Of a stretch of DNA of 20,000 nucleotides, positions 19,798 to 20,000 are shown piece after piece. The notes under the pieces were generated by a model that made no database searches, was not told the origin of the DNA, and worked only from the letters and a program-made list of their open reading frames with translations. Location of the stretch: contig MU053271.1 of assembly GCA_013239625.1 (NCBI GenBank), forward strand, positions 85,289-105,288, given 5' to 3'. The stretch is from Lama guanicoe (taxonomy: Eukaryota). The first letter of the stretch is position 1. Every line of letters starts with the position of its first letter. The position numbers and the translations under genes are program-made.

Positions 19798-20000
19798 CGC
19801 ATCAGTTGGAATCCCACAGGAAGCAGATGGCAATTAAGGAGAGTTTCACTTTTTTTAAGTTGAGCGGGATGTAGGAAAACTGACCAGAATAGTGGTGTCC
19901 CCACAGGGACAGCATCCGTGGGGGCACCAGAAGGGACAAGGCGAGAAGGGAAACAGGTCCTGGGAAGGGGAGGAAGAGGGGCTACTGGCAGCAGCTGTGA

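Noticed and set aside
19742..19815. tRNA gene
   Set aside because: The T-arm/B box and acceptor stem are not intact and it has a SINE-type G-rich leader, so it was called as a SINE.
5400..20000. Remaining 60-157 aa ORFs in the track
   Set aside because: Most overlap decayed repeats, many start at non-ATG codons, and none shows a recognisable protein family or a coherent exon chain.

Overview
Mammalian nuclear DNA with no protein-coding gene I can recognise. It is most likely camelid, because 19742-19797 resembles the head of the camelid tRNA-derived SINE Vic-1 as I recall it. Bases 1-~1550 are AT-rich and repeat-free, and look like the end of a long + strand 3' UTR with clustered poly(A) signals; I cannot identify the gene. 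The rest is intergenic/intronic-type DNA rich in ancient eutherian repeats: L1M, L2, MIR, MLT1 and LTR16 LTRs, and the DNA transposons MER5, MER20, MER81 and Charlie. A younger L1 is nested in an old L1 and contains a 23-N gap. The oddest stretch is 3900-5020, a CpG-rich, T-poor block sitting where L1 sequence is expected; it is either garbled assembly sequence or a real captured or hypermutated promoter-like segment. Smaller points of interest are a TSD-flanked micro-retroinsertion, a possible convergent spliced antisense transcript, a CTCF-like site and homeodomain/E-box-dense enhancer candidates. I find no convincing novel multi-gene system. Repeat names and boundaries were assigned by eye from remembered consensus sequences, so they are approximate.
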